Below the pieces are notes generated by a model that made no database searches, was not told where the DNA came from, and worked only from the letters and a program-made list of their open reading frames with translations. Position numbers and translations under genes: made by a program. Of a stretch of DNA of 64,000 nucleotides, positions 52,253-63,737 are shown piece by piece. The DNA lies in contig NC_043018.1 in the NCBI RefSeq assembly GCF_006345805.1, forward strand, positions 19,158,001 to 19,222,000, given 5' to 3'. Positions within the stretch are counted from its first letter, which is position 1. The number at the start of each line of letters is the position of its first letter. The DNA comes from Octopus sinensis. Taxonomy: Eukaryota.

Positions 52253-53820
52253 CTAGCAGGCGTACCCGGCGTTGCCCGGAGCTGTTTGTTAAGTATGCCT
52301 CTTTGGTTATTAGACCATTCATGAATGCACCCCTGAACTGAATAAAAGAAATCCTAATGGCAGACGTTCCCTGCATTGTTTGATTTATTTAGTGCAATAG
52401 TGAACATGCAGAGTCATACGTCCACACCATTGTCATTGTGTTCCATTGGAATGGTAGGTCGATCTGTAAAAAACTGGCAGTAAATTGAGTTTATTTTTCC
52501 TTACCACATAACTGCTGACATGCGCTGTTTAGCAGATGGAAAGGTTGAGCCTAAAGATATGGCATAAAGAGAAGGAGTATGCTTACCAGCTGTTTCGAGG
52601 GGTAGCACGTACAACATTATCTGAACAAAAAATTTGACGTGTGGCCTGTGCAAAAAAGATGAAAAGTGTAGTATCTACCTCAAGATTGGGGCGCACTTTA
52701 CGGAGAGCACACTGTGAAGATTACGCTAATGAACTAAATAAGGGGACAAGGGTATGGTTACCTGATGTTTTCCTGTTTGCCGCATAGAGCAACATCCGTT
52801 GTTGTCTTTCTCCTGTAGTCTCCGTAGCGTGTGCAGCAGCAGTTGCTGCAAGCATCTCTTGTAAGTCGATCTCCGCGTTGTGCTGCAGTCTCTGCAGCTC
52901 ATGCAACAGCGGATGAGGAGGCATCTCTTGTATGTCGAATTGCACGTTGTGTAGCAGCACTTGAGGAAGCATCTCTTGTAAGTCGATCTGCAAATTGTGC
53001 TGGAGTCTCTGAAGATCGTGCAGCAGCAGTAGAGGAAGCATTTCTTGTTCGGCGTGCTGAACGTTGCTCGTTGCTCTGGACGGCTTGTTCCGCAGCAATG
53101 TGCTTTGACCGATCACAACGCTGCTCTTCTCTTTCCCTTCTTCCCGCTGAAGCCATCCTAAGTACATTGAGAGAGCTCATCCTGGCGGAGTCCTCGGCAG
53201 ATTCATTTGCACGCATACGTTTACTTTTCTTCGCAGCATTTGTTTGCTGACCTATATTGGATCTTTTGCATCGAGGCATGGTGGAAAATTATCAGTTTAC
53301 GCAATAGAAAAAGTCCTAAGGAAAAACCGGTGAATGTGTAGCACCCCAAAAAACCCAGTAAAATGTAGTTGGCAAAAATGTTAATCAAACAGACAGAATT
53401 AAAGATTTTTAATTTTGGGGAAGAGCTTTGAAGTGGCTAGTTTAAGTTGGAATAATTATATGAAAAAGAGCGCTCATGTGAAAACAGAGGCAAATCGTAA
53501 CTTGCAAATGAATACTGCTGGCAGTACTGTGCAAGCAGTCGATAAGAGCTCACCACAGCTGACAAAGTAAAGTATTGATCTTTTCCAGCTGGGTGTGTAT
53601 CACATTTTGTCACTGGCTCAATCCAAATCCTAGGCGAATTGAGAGTTGTTTATTTATGTTAGGGACATGGAATTTCGAGGAAAAATTTATAAGAAAAAAT
53701 GTCCTAAGTTAAAGAGAGCACTCATGTCAAATTTGGTGAAATTTGGTTGAAAATTGTAAGAGTAGAAGTGGTTCACACAACACACACCACACAGATAGAC
53801 AACTTGCCTTTTAATATATA
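52253..53820 (-). mobile_element. Internally deleted Helitron with 5' part of the RepHel ORF
   Basis: Minus-strand 3' end ccgggcaacgccggg hairpin + CTAG|T. ORF 52899-53279 (MPRCKRSNIGQQTNAAKK...) is Arg/Ala/Glu-rich like Helitron N-termini. 5' boundary approximate. Confidence 0.7.
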
Positions 53821-54965
53821 ATATAATATAATATATAATATGTGGAGGCACAATGGCCCAGTGGTTAGGGCAGCGGACTCGCGGTCGGAGGATCGCGGTT
53901 TCGATTCCGAAACCGGGCATTGTGAGTGTTTATTGAGCGAAAACACCTAAAGCTCCCGGCAGGGGGTGGTGGTGAACCCTGCTGTACTCTTTCACCACAA
54001 ACTTTCAGCCTTGTCACATTCTGTGTGTCACGCTGAATCTCCTCGAGAACTACGTTAAGGGTACACGTATCTGTGGAGTGCTCAGCCACTTGCACGTTAA
54101 CATCACGAGCAAGCTGTTCCGTTGATCGTATCAGCTGGGACCCTCATCGTCGCAATCGACGGAGTGCTCCTATTAATATAATATATATATATATATACAC
54201 ACACAAATGCACATGGCATAACGGCATTTGTGAATTAGTTACAATTGATCTGGAAGCCTGGGGAAGTTGTTCAATAAATTGACATTCTGGAATGTATACC
54301 TGCACACCTGAGCACACCTGAGCACACCCAAACACATACCTTTGTTTATATTTATGAATGTAGGACAAAAAAATAACATGAATTGCTTTCAAACAGCAAC
54401 CAGCTAAGTTTAAAATACAAAGCAGGATCAAATTGAAAAGAAGCCCAAAATGCCAAAAATGTGAATTTTCAGCAGACAAAAAAAACAACAAAAAAAAACA
54501 ACAAAAAAACGATTGTGGGGAATTAAAATGAAATTAATTGATCAGTTTATTTATAACTGTGTTAGGGTTTCCGTTTTTTACTATAAGGTGAAAATGTAAA
54601 CATTAACAAGTCGTCTATTGCCTGGGTAAAAAGATCTGGGTTAGATACGAAGGTACCACTCCCAGTTGTTTTGTTTTCTTTTAAATTTCTTTGAATTTCT
54701 ATGTTTACAGCAATAGAAATTACGATTTATAAAAATATGTATGTATGCATGTGACTAAGAGTTTGATGCACGAGCATTTTAGAAACTATGTATATGCTTA
54801 TATATATATATATAAATAAACATATACATATATTAGAAGAAATGAAATATTAGATGAAATTCGGATGGTTTTTATTACAGATATTTATTTGTATATTACA
54901 TGTTTTATACATCGTATAACTTAGATCATATATCATATATTAGCGCTTTCTCCCATTCTAGTGGG

Positions 54966-55017
<52 letters not shown>

Positions 55018-55179
55018 GGGAGAGTTCACGAAAAAAACAAAAGACGAAGACAGGTGGTGTAGAAAACAAACAGATGTATTAGTATAACGCTCAGGAATTG
55101 AAAAAGTCTTTTACGTTTCGAGCCTACGCTCTTCTACAGAAAGGGACACAGAAAAAATGTGTGTAATGGCTACCGATCT

Positions 55180-55225
<46 letters not shown>

Positions 55226-55937
55226 TATATAAATATATATAAAGCTATTTTGTTGAGTTCTTTCTTTCACATTGGTTATGAATCTGACCTGGGGAATTTT
55301 CTTGAAAGTTTTGATATTTTATTTCATAAGACGGAAGAAGAAGTAAAAATTTACCTGAAAAAGGGTTGGAGAATTCAGGTGTGTGGTACCGAAATGCAAA
55401 ATATTTGCCTTTTCAGTTTTTTGATTACCAACTGAAATAATTGTTTTTTTAGTGAAAGAATTACTTGTTACTTTCGTTATTGGGGAGATATGACATTACA
55501 GACGTTTATTTAGCTTGAAAAGTAGTTTGAAAAAAGAAAATTTTAAATAGCTGATGCTCGAAGTTTGATACCACAAAGGAAAGGAAATTGTTTAGGTAGT
55601 GGGTAGGAATAGGGTGACGTGAAACACTGGAAGAGTTCAAAAAGAAAGAAAAAAACCCTGCCCTTTTTTTTTTTCATGAAGTATGTGACTTCAAAGGGCA
55701 GCTGTTCAAAAACAACACCAAATACACTTTAAACCAGGGACTTTTGCTTCAATTTGCCTTCTGAAGGACTTTGCCCAAGTGGAGGGGGTTGCGTTGGTCT
55801 GTGGAAAGAGTTTGTCATGGGAGTGTTTTGTCAGGATCTCACCTGTTCCTGAATGGATGTTGATATGGCTGTTAGGTTAGCAAGTTCTCTTTGCCCCCGT
55901 GTGGTTTGGGGTTTACTCCCACTTCACGGCATCTTAG

Positions 55938-56307
55938 TCCCCAAAGTCTATCCCCTCCTCACCGTGGTGGGGACGCTGGCAACGGGTAGTGTCAGAGCTA
56001 TGCCGTCGGGAACTTCAGTTCCTGGTAGGGCCACCCAAGGCGGATTGGTCTGACACCGAGTGGTATTAGGGTTACAACCCGGCAGACGGGGCTCTGGTGA
56101 AAATCCTCGGAGTGTCTGCTTCGGCAACCGACGGCTCCTCGGTCGTTCTGTCCCTGCGTCTGCGGACAATCCGCAGCAAACAGGATGTCTCTACATGCGG
56201 GATTGTTGGGGACCGCTTGTGAAATCCACATATTCCCACGAAACTTCTTCTGCCTCGAGAGTGGTAGAAGTAGCCAGGGAGAATGTCGCCACAAGTACAA
56301 GTAAGTA
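55938..56307 (+). mobile_element. 370-bp GC-rich retroposon with 13-bp TSD inserted into an old SINE
   Basis: TSD cacggcatcttag at 55925-55937 and 56308-56320; short tandem tail caagtacaagtaagta. Confidence 0.7.
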
Positions 56308-56602
56308 CACGGCATCTTAGATTAAAAAAACCTTCTACTACAGCTATGGGTTGATTAAAGGCTATCAAGGAAATTTGCTGGAGAAATGGAAACTGTGTGG
56401 AAGCTCATGAGAAAGACTGTTCCTCTTTATGGGGATGTAGACTTTATCCATAATTTGGTTAAGCTCTTCTGTGTTGCCCTGGATGCCTTTAGTGATACTA
56501 ACAGGGTTATAATCCTTGCAACAAGGTACCTCTATATAGCTTCCTTCTTCTTAGCCTTAGAGAACCTGCAAAAGTCATCGATATTAACAGAACGGTGTCT
56601 GA

Positions 56603-56835
56603 GGCGGTGAGCTGGCAGAATCGTTAGCACGCCGGGCGAAATGCTTTGCAGTATTTCGTCCGCCGCTGCGTTCTAAGTTCAAATTCCGCCGAGGTCGACT
56701 TTGCCTTTCATCCTTTCGGGGTCGATAAATTAAGTACCAGTTACGCACTGGTGTCGATGTAATCGACTTAATACCTATGCCTGTCCTTGTTTGTCCCCTC
56801 TGTGTTTAGCCCCTTTGTGGGCAATAAAGAAATAG
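56603..56835 (+). mobile_element. tRNA-derived SINE family 2; other copies ~11995-12610, 25410-25820, 35780-36262, 39840-40255, 42520-42725(-), 44437-44670(-), 49770-50255(-), 51185-51665(-), 62452-62683(-)
   Basis: ggcggtgagctggcagaatcgttagcacg...gagttcaaattccgccgaggtcgactttgcc...gtgggtagtaaagaaata; often in head-to-tail arrays. Confidence 0.9.
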
Positions 56836-57344
56836 ATATTAACAGTTCTTCACCAACTCGCAAATACAAACACCTGTGGGGCATGTGCTGAAAAGTTCCT
56901 ATATTTGAAGAAAAGATGGTTAATGTGTGAAGTCCTCTGGTTTAGCAGTGTGGAACACGTGGGGGTAGGAGTTGAGAAGAATTGAGAGGTGAGAATAGAT
57001 TGATTGTCAACTAAGTAGGACATGCTGAGAGAAGTAGCGACAAGTTAAGTGGACCGTATCAAGCAGACATTGATTTTGAATAAGTAGAACAGAGAAAGGG
57101 TAAGAGCGATGAGTTTCTTTCTTTTTAACATCTGTTTGTCAATAAGATGTTCATTATAGATTCAGCTCTCGTTGATTTACTGGAGTCTAGAGGAGGACAA
57201 TGGATATGGAAGTGTTTGTGGGGGTTATATGGTTGTAAGTTCAATCTCGATGTTCGTTTGTTAAATAAATGTTCTTTACTGTACATTGTAACCCTTGTTT
57301 GACCAATATCTTATGGGGGAAATTGGTTTGTTGGAAACTCTACA

Positions 57345-57382
<38 letters not shown>

Positions 57383-57395
57383 TCACACACATGTA

Positions 57396-57439
<44 letters not shown>

Positions 57440-57441
57440 TC

Positions 57442-58022
57442 TTATATTAAATTAGAGACAAAACCACTATTAGGCAAATCAAACAATGAAAAACTTAAGC
57501 AATACATAAGATTATTATATTTATATTATTTAAATATATAACAAAATTATTAAAAATATAAATCACACTACGATCGTTTCATGCCTGCTAACTTCTTCAA
57601 ATTTTTGAGTCGCAGTCATTCATCAGGTGGTTTAAATATTTATCTTGGCGAGGTTTAAATTATATTATAATATAGTCAAAAATTGTGAAGCATGACTGTC
57701 ACACCACTACTACATGAACCTGAGATTGCAGAATTTAATGCATGAAAGTACTAGTTCAATCAGAATGAACATTTAACATTTTATTATTTATTTTATTTTA
57801 TTATATATATTATATTATCTTATATCATTATAAGATTGTAAATAAAACGTGAAAATCAGACAAGGTTGGAATTCCTTTTATTAATATACTTTATCTTTTA
57901 TTAAACTTTAATACGTTTGATATATATTTTAAATAATATAAATTAAATTAATTTTATGTATTGGCTTATGTTTTTTCATGTTTGATTTGCCTAATAGTGG
58001 TTTTATCTCTAATTTAATATAA
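57442..58022. mobile_element. ~580-bp AT-rich element with ~65-bp terminal inverted repeats and internal hammerhead
   Basis: ttatattaaattagagacaaaaccactattaggcaaatc... and ...gatttgcctaatagtggttttatctctaatttaatataa. A half copy lies at ~27021-27100. Confidence 0.7.
57566..57629 (-). ncRNA. Type I hammerhead ribozyme (family C)
   Basis: Reverse complement CAC-CUGAUGA-AUGACUGC...GCAGGCAU-GAAA-C(GAUC)G-UA-GUG. Palindromic GAUC loop; stem I only 3 bp. Confidence 0.7.
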
Positions 58023-58106
58023 TATAATATAATATATATACTATAAATTGGATCTAATCCTAAATCTGATTTTTCCCTGTAAGTTTGGATTTATTACCTA
58101 ATATTT

Positions 58107-58148
<42 letters not shown>

Positions 58149-59430
58149 TTTATATCGATAAATGTCTGCTTTCCATGCTGGCATGGGTTGGATGGTTTGA
58201 CTGAGGACTGACAAGCCAGAAGGTTGCACCACTATCCAATCTGGTCATGCTCTATAACATTTTACCCAGAGCTCCTGCGTAAATGGACAAAGCTTTTTTG
58301 TATGTAGGGTCTTCCATACTTTTTTAATCTATATCTATATTTAAAATCTTTCGTATCTCTGTCTGTTCCCAATGCATTCTCAAATGGCTCAACCAAATAA
58401 ATCAAATTTCACATGGTAATACTATCACACCCCAGGGGTGTCAACATGTAATTTTTTTGGATTAAAACAATGCAACATTGGCACTGGTTCCATATTACGT
58501 CTCAAAAAGCAAAGAATAAAAGTGAAACTGAAAGAAGACTGTCTTATATATGAGTATATTTGTTGTGAATGTGTTTGTGTTTGTACCCTCACCATCGCTT
58601 GCAACTGATGTTGTGTTTACGTCTCCATTACTTAGGGGTTTGGCAAAAGACACTGATAGAATAAGTTACTAGGCTTACAAAGAATAAATCCTGGGGTTGA
58701 TTTGTTTGACTAAAGGTGGTGCTCCAGCAAGGCTGCAGTCACATGACTGAAACAAGTAAAACAATAAAAAAAACTATGCCATTTTAATGCTGAGCAACGC
58801 CAGGTATCTCTGCTAGTATTTATATAAATCAAGAGTTGAACAGAAAGAACACAATGAGAAAAATTAGACAAAAACACAGCAGGTGGAAAACCAGCAAAAA
58901 CAAAACAAATGGAAAACTAGACGAAAACATAACAAACAGGAAACCGGACAAAGACATGATACAAGAAACATTCGCGGCTGATTGCCTCTTCAATCAAAGT
59001 CCAAGATATCGTAGCAGTTTCACACTTTTTACCATTGAGACCACTCGATCTTGGCAGGTGCCAGAGCATTAATTAAGCGTCTAGGAAAAGCTAGCAAATA
59101 AATAAAAATAAAAAATAATACACTGTTGCTAAGAAAAAAAAATAAAAGTCTGGATTGTCATGGTTGGAATTGTTGTAATCAAAAGTTGACTTGAAGCTAA
59201 ACAACAACAACAACAACAACAACAACTTATCCATGCTGATTATGATATCTTATTAACAGTCATGTGCCTGCTTATTAATTTATGGACAAAAACAAGACCA
59301 ACTAAAATGATAATACGTATACGAACAAAAAAAAAAATAATACAAATGCAACAAAAGAAATTATACATGTAGAACAGAAAAAAATGCCTATTAGTCATAC
59401 AACAGAAGGAGAATAAGGTGATTAAAATCA

Positions 59431-59616
59431 AAATAAGCAAGAAGGATATCCAGAGGTAATGCAGTACGACCGTTTCATGCAACTCCATTTAATTGAACGA
59501 TACAATCATTACATCAATTTAAAATGTAGAGCAATGATTGTATTGCTCAATTAAATGGAGTTGCATGAAACGATCGATCGTACTGCATTACTTCTGGATA
59601 TCCTTGTTGGCTTATT
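59431..59616. repeat. Palindrome whose arms carry only the 3' half of a hammerhead
   Basis: Arms aaggatatccagaggtaatgcagtacgaccgtttcatgcaac / gttgcatgaaacgatcgatcgtactgcattacttctggatatcc; GAAA-C(GGUC)G-UA present, CUGANGA absent. Confidence 0.7.
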
Positions 59617-59689
59617 TCGATACACACACACAAACACACATACATATACGTATATATATATTATATATATATATATATTATATATATAT

Positions 59690-59769
<80 letters not shown>

Positions 59770-59956
59770 GAGATACATATATATATATAAATGTATATAT
59801 CTATACACATATACATATGCATATATATATATATATATCACAATCAAGGAACGGCCATAAAAGGCCATTCACCCACTAGAAATAACAGCAAAGCTTCAAC
59901 CGCAAAATAACATTAATTCCGTAAACCAGGAGAAAATTAAAAAACATTTACCTGTA

Positions 59957-60062
59957 ATTTCTTATACGATGCACCGTTTCATCTACTGTTAATGGTAAAC
60001 TAACCTGATTAAATTAAATCAAGCCAATCTTCCATAGGCCCTTAGAATCGTCAGTAAGTAAA
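59957..60062 (-). ncRNA. Hammerhead ribozyme (family F), inverted copy
   Basis: Reverse-complement copy of 60490-60596 with one mismatch in stem I. Confidence 0.65.
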
Positions 60063-60489
60063 AACCAGATCGGAACAGATATTTTCACGAGGCATTTCTG
60101 TCCCTGCCTCGGCAATATCTGACCTAAAATTTTCAATCATCGCACTCGCGCCAAATTTATCGGCAGCAAATAAATATAAGCCGCCGATTCCATTACGGAA
60201 TTAACCAGAAAATTCATAATTAATCAATATAGGGTGGCAAAAATTTTGTAGAATTTTTTTTGCCACCAGCGGCCTAGTGGGAAAAAATTAAATAGTCATA
60301 GACCATTTTTAAGTTCAACATCACAATCAAGGAACGGCCATAATAGGCCATTCACCCACTAGAAATAACAGCCAAAGCTTCAACCGCAAAATAAATTTGG
60401 CGCGAGTGCGATGATTTGAAAATTTTAGGTCAGATATTGCCGAGGCAGGGACAGAAATGCCTCGTGAAAATATCTGTTCCGATCTGGCT

Positions 60490-60596
60490 ATTTCTTACTG
60501 ACGATTCTAAGGGCCTATGGAAGATTGGCTTGATTTAATTTAATCAGGTTAGTTTACCATTAAACAGTAGATGAAACGGTGCATCGTATAAGAAAT
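60490..60596 (+). ncRNA. Type I hammerhead ribozyme (family F), GUA site after 60588, sense strand of FAHD2 intron 1
   Basis: AUUUCUUA-CUGACGA-UUCUA...UAGAU-GAAA-CGG(UGCA)UCG-UA-UAAGAAAU. Perfect 8-bp stem I, 4-bp stem III, U-U mismatch at base of stem II. Confidence 0.72.
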
Positions 60597-60813
60597 TACA
60601 GGGTAAATGTTTTTTAATTTTCTCCTGGTTTACGGAATTAATGTTATTTTGCGGTTGAAGCTTTGGCTGTTATTTCTAGTGGGTGAATGGCCTATTATGG
60701 CCGTTCCTTGATTGTGATGTTGAACTTAAAAATGGTCTATGACTATTTAATTTTTTCCCACTAGGCCGCTGGTGGCAAAAAATTCTACAAAATTTTTTGC
60801 CACCCTATATTGA

Positions 60814-60856
<43 letters not shown>

Positions 60857-62182
60857 TATATATATGGTGATGAAAATAGTGGTTTTTGAGGTGATGATGA
60901 TGATGATGGTGATATTTAATGATAATAGCAATGAGGATGATGATGATGATGATGGTGTTAATAGCTAAGTTGATGAGAACAATGACAATGATGCTGCTGC
61001 GGCTGCTGATGTTGATGATGATGATGGTGGTGGTGGTGGTGATGGTGATGATATTGAATTTTATCCCCCCCCCCGTGTCCTATATTAGTTGATGATAGGT
61101 CGTCTTGTATGTGGCAGCTGTTTACTTAACACGTCAGCATGAGCCAAGGAGAAAACCCTGTCCAAGTGGTCATTGATTTCGCTAGAAACAGCAACCAAAT
61201 CTCCTTCTCACTGCACCTGGCTGTTTAAAAAAAAAAGTGAATGTTTGTACACTGTTGCTAAGAAAAAATAAAAAAATAAAAGTCTGGATTGTCATGGCTG
61301 GAATTGTTGTAATCAAAAGTTGACTTGAAGCTAAACAACAACAAAAACAGCAGCAGCAGCAGCGGCAACAACAACAACAACAACAACAACTTGTCCATGC
61401 TGATTAGGATATCTTATTAACAGTCATGTGCCTGCTTATCAATTTATGGTAAAACTTTCAGTTTTATCAGCATATTAATAGTGGTTGTCATGGATGGAGA
61501 TAGTGGTGGTAATTTTGGTGGTGTGAAGGGTGTAGATAGTTTGTAGATGTTTTATTGAACTGGCTGGTTTGTATTATCATTATTAAAGTTGAAGAGTATT
61601 AAATGTCTTTATATATAAACTCATTAGGTTTTACACCCACTTTTCCATGCTAGCATGGGTTCGATGAATATATTACATTACAGCTGGATGCTCTTCCTAT
61701 CACTAACACTTACCTATTTTTCAAAGAAGGGATCTTGTATCTTACATGTCTTTGAAGGAATGAAGCCAGTGAACAGGACAAATGTCAATAACATCAGCAC
61801 ATGATCGGTTGGAGCTTTTTATGTGCCACTGGCACAGAAGTCAGTCAAGGTGGCACTGGCATCGGCTACGTTCAGATGATGCTTTTTACGTGTCCCCGGG
61901 ACAGGGATCACAACTACAATTTCCATTGATTTTTGATGTTGATGTACTTGACTCAATAGGTCTCCTCAAGCACAGGGTCGAAACGGTGTTTCTATACTTG
62001 CCACCTGCACAGGAGTCAGTCCAGCAGCACTGGCAACGGCTGGGTGCCAGTCATAGGATTTGGTTCGATTTCGATTTGCTGCAGGAAATATTAGTCTTGA
62101 TATTATTAATATTAAACTAAGAAATTTCTATTCTTCTACCAAAGAGACTAAGGTCATTTAATGCTTCCCTTTTTTCTTGTAG

Positions 62183-62399
62183 GGTGGTTGAAAACTCAAA
62201 GTGTTCAAGTGTAAAGGAAGATGTGAAGTTATTGTCACCAATTACAAATCCTGATAAATTAATTTGTGTTGGTATGAACTACAAAGACCACTGTGAAGAA
62301 ATGAATATTGCTCTGCCCGCAGAACCGGTGATCTTTAGTAAGTTCTCCAGCTGCATTGTTGGTCCAACGGATAATGTTGAATATCCCAAAGAAACGACA
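62183..62399 (+). CDS. FAHD2: FAHD2 exon 2
   Basis: cttgtag|G GTG...ACA|gtaagc. Encodes VKLLSPITNPDKLICVGMNYKDHCEEMNIALPAEPVIFSKFSSCIVGPTDNVEYP, matching FAHD2A [48 protein letters not shown]. The gene continues beyond the window. Confidence 0.95.
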
Positions 62400-63261
62400 G
62401 TAAGCATATTCTTGTATTCTTTTATCTTCTTCACTAGTTTCACTGATATCTATTTCTTTACTACCCACAAGGGGCTAAACACAGAGAGGACAAACAAGGA
62501 CAGACAAACGGATTAAGTCGATTATATCGACCCCAGTGCGTAACTGGTACTTAATTTATCGACCCCGAAAGGCTGAAAGGCAAAGTCGACCACGGTGGAA
62601 TTTGAACTCAGGACGTAACGGCAGATGAAATACTGCAAAGCATTTCGCCCGGCGTGCTAATGATTCTGCCAGCTCGCCGCCGTTTCACTGATATCGCAAC
62701 ATGGTAACCACAATCACCGCATTCAGGGGAAAAACCTCGTGACTCACTTACTTTGTCGGTCTCATTGAAAGCTCTTCTGATATCTGACTAAATCTTCTTG
62801 CTGTTCTTATCGAAAATGCAACAATTGTCGCTGGTGTTATAAATATGCCAAAAGAAATAATCCAGGGAGACAGCCTGTCTTTGTTTCTGTTTATTTTGGC
62901 AAGATATGTGCTATTATTTATTTTGTGTGTGTGGACTGAAGTCTAATATGGGGCAAAGATTTTTACTTTAAGACCAAAGTGGTTTTGGATTCATTTCTAC
63001 TATGAAACATTTTAAGTGTCTTCTACAAAAGCCCAAAGACAACTGAAGCCTTGCGAGTGAATTTCATAGATTGAATCTGTGTAGAAATGTGTCATATATA
63101 TGTATATATATGTGTGTGTATGTGTCAAGTTCGCAAATTCGTTGACTGGTACCTGTGCCAGTTGAGCAGTAAGAGCTGTTGTGGAACATATTGGCCCCAA
63201 GGTAGCAAGTGGTGGGATTGAGCTCAGTGCCACTTGACTACGATGTGGAGAACTCTTCCTT

Positions 63262-63622
63262 AAACCATGGCTGTTGCCAGCGCTGCCCCGACTGGCCTCA
63301 TGCTGGTGGCACGTAAAAAGCACCATCCATTTGCAGCCGTTGCCAGCCTCATCTGGCACCTGTGCCGGTGGCACATAAAAAGCACCATCCGATCATGGCC
63401 ATTTGCCAGCCTCATCTGGCACCTGTGCAGGTGGCACGTAAAAAGCACCCACTACACTCATGGAGTGGTTGGCGTTAGGAAGGGCATCCAGCCATAGAAA
63501 CACTGCCAAATCAGACTGGAGCCTGGTGCAGCCTTCTGGCTTCCCAGATCCCCGGTCGAACTGTCCAACCCATGCTAGCATGGAAAACAGACGATAAACG
63601 ATGATGATGATGATGATGATGA
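63262..63622 (+). mobile_element. RTE-related non-autonomous retroposon with internal ~60-bp repeats and (GAT)n tail; copies 20193-20440(-), 32153-32565(-), ~61640-62090(-), ~58160-58250(-)
   Basis: ggttggcgttaggaagggcatcc core; 3' end cccatgctagcatggaaaac..acgatgatgatg. Confidence 0.7.
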
Positions 63623-63701
63623 GAGCTAGGGCCTGGCCAACTCTTCATCTCTTGATTAGATAATTCGAAGAATCAAAAAAAAAAAAAGATGTTTGTGCAT
63701 G

Positions 63702-63737
<36 letters not shown>

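Larger units (their letters stand above)
59839..60820. repeat. Complex palindrome with direct + inverted blocks (P Q spacer W P Q' P' W')
   Basis: 59839-60158 and 60217-60392 reappear reverse-complemented in 60393-60820; block P is also directly repeated. Confidence 0.8.
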
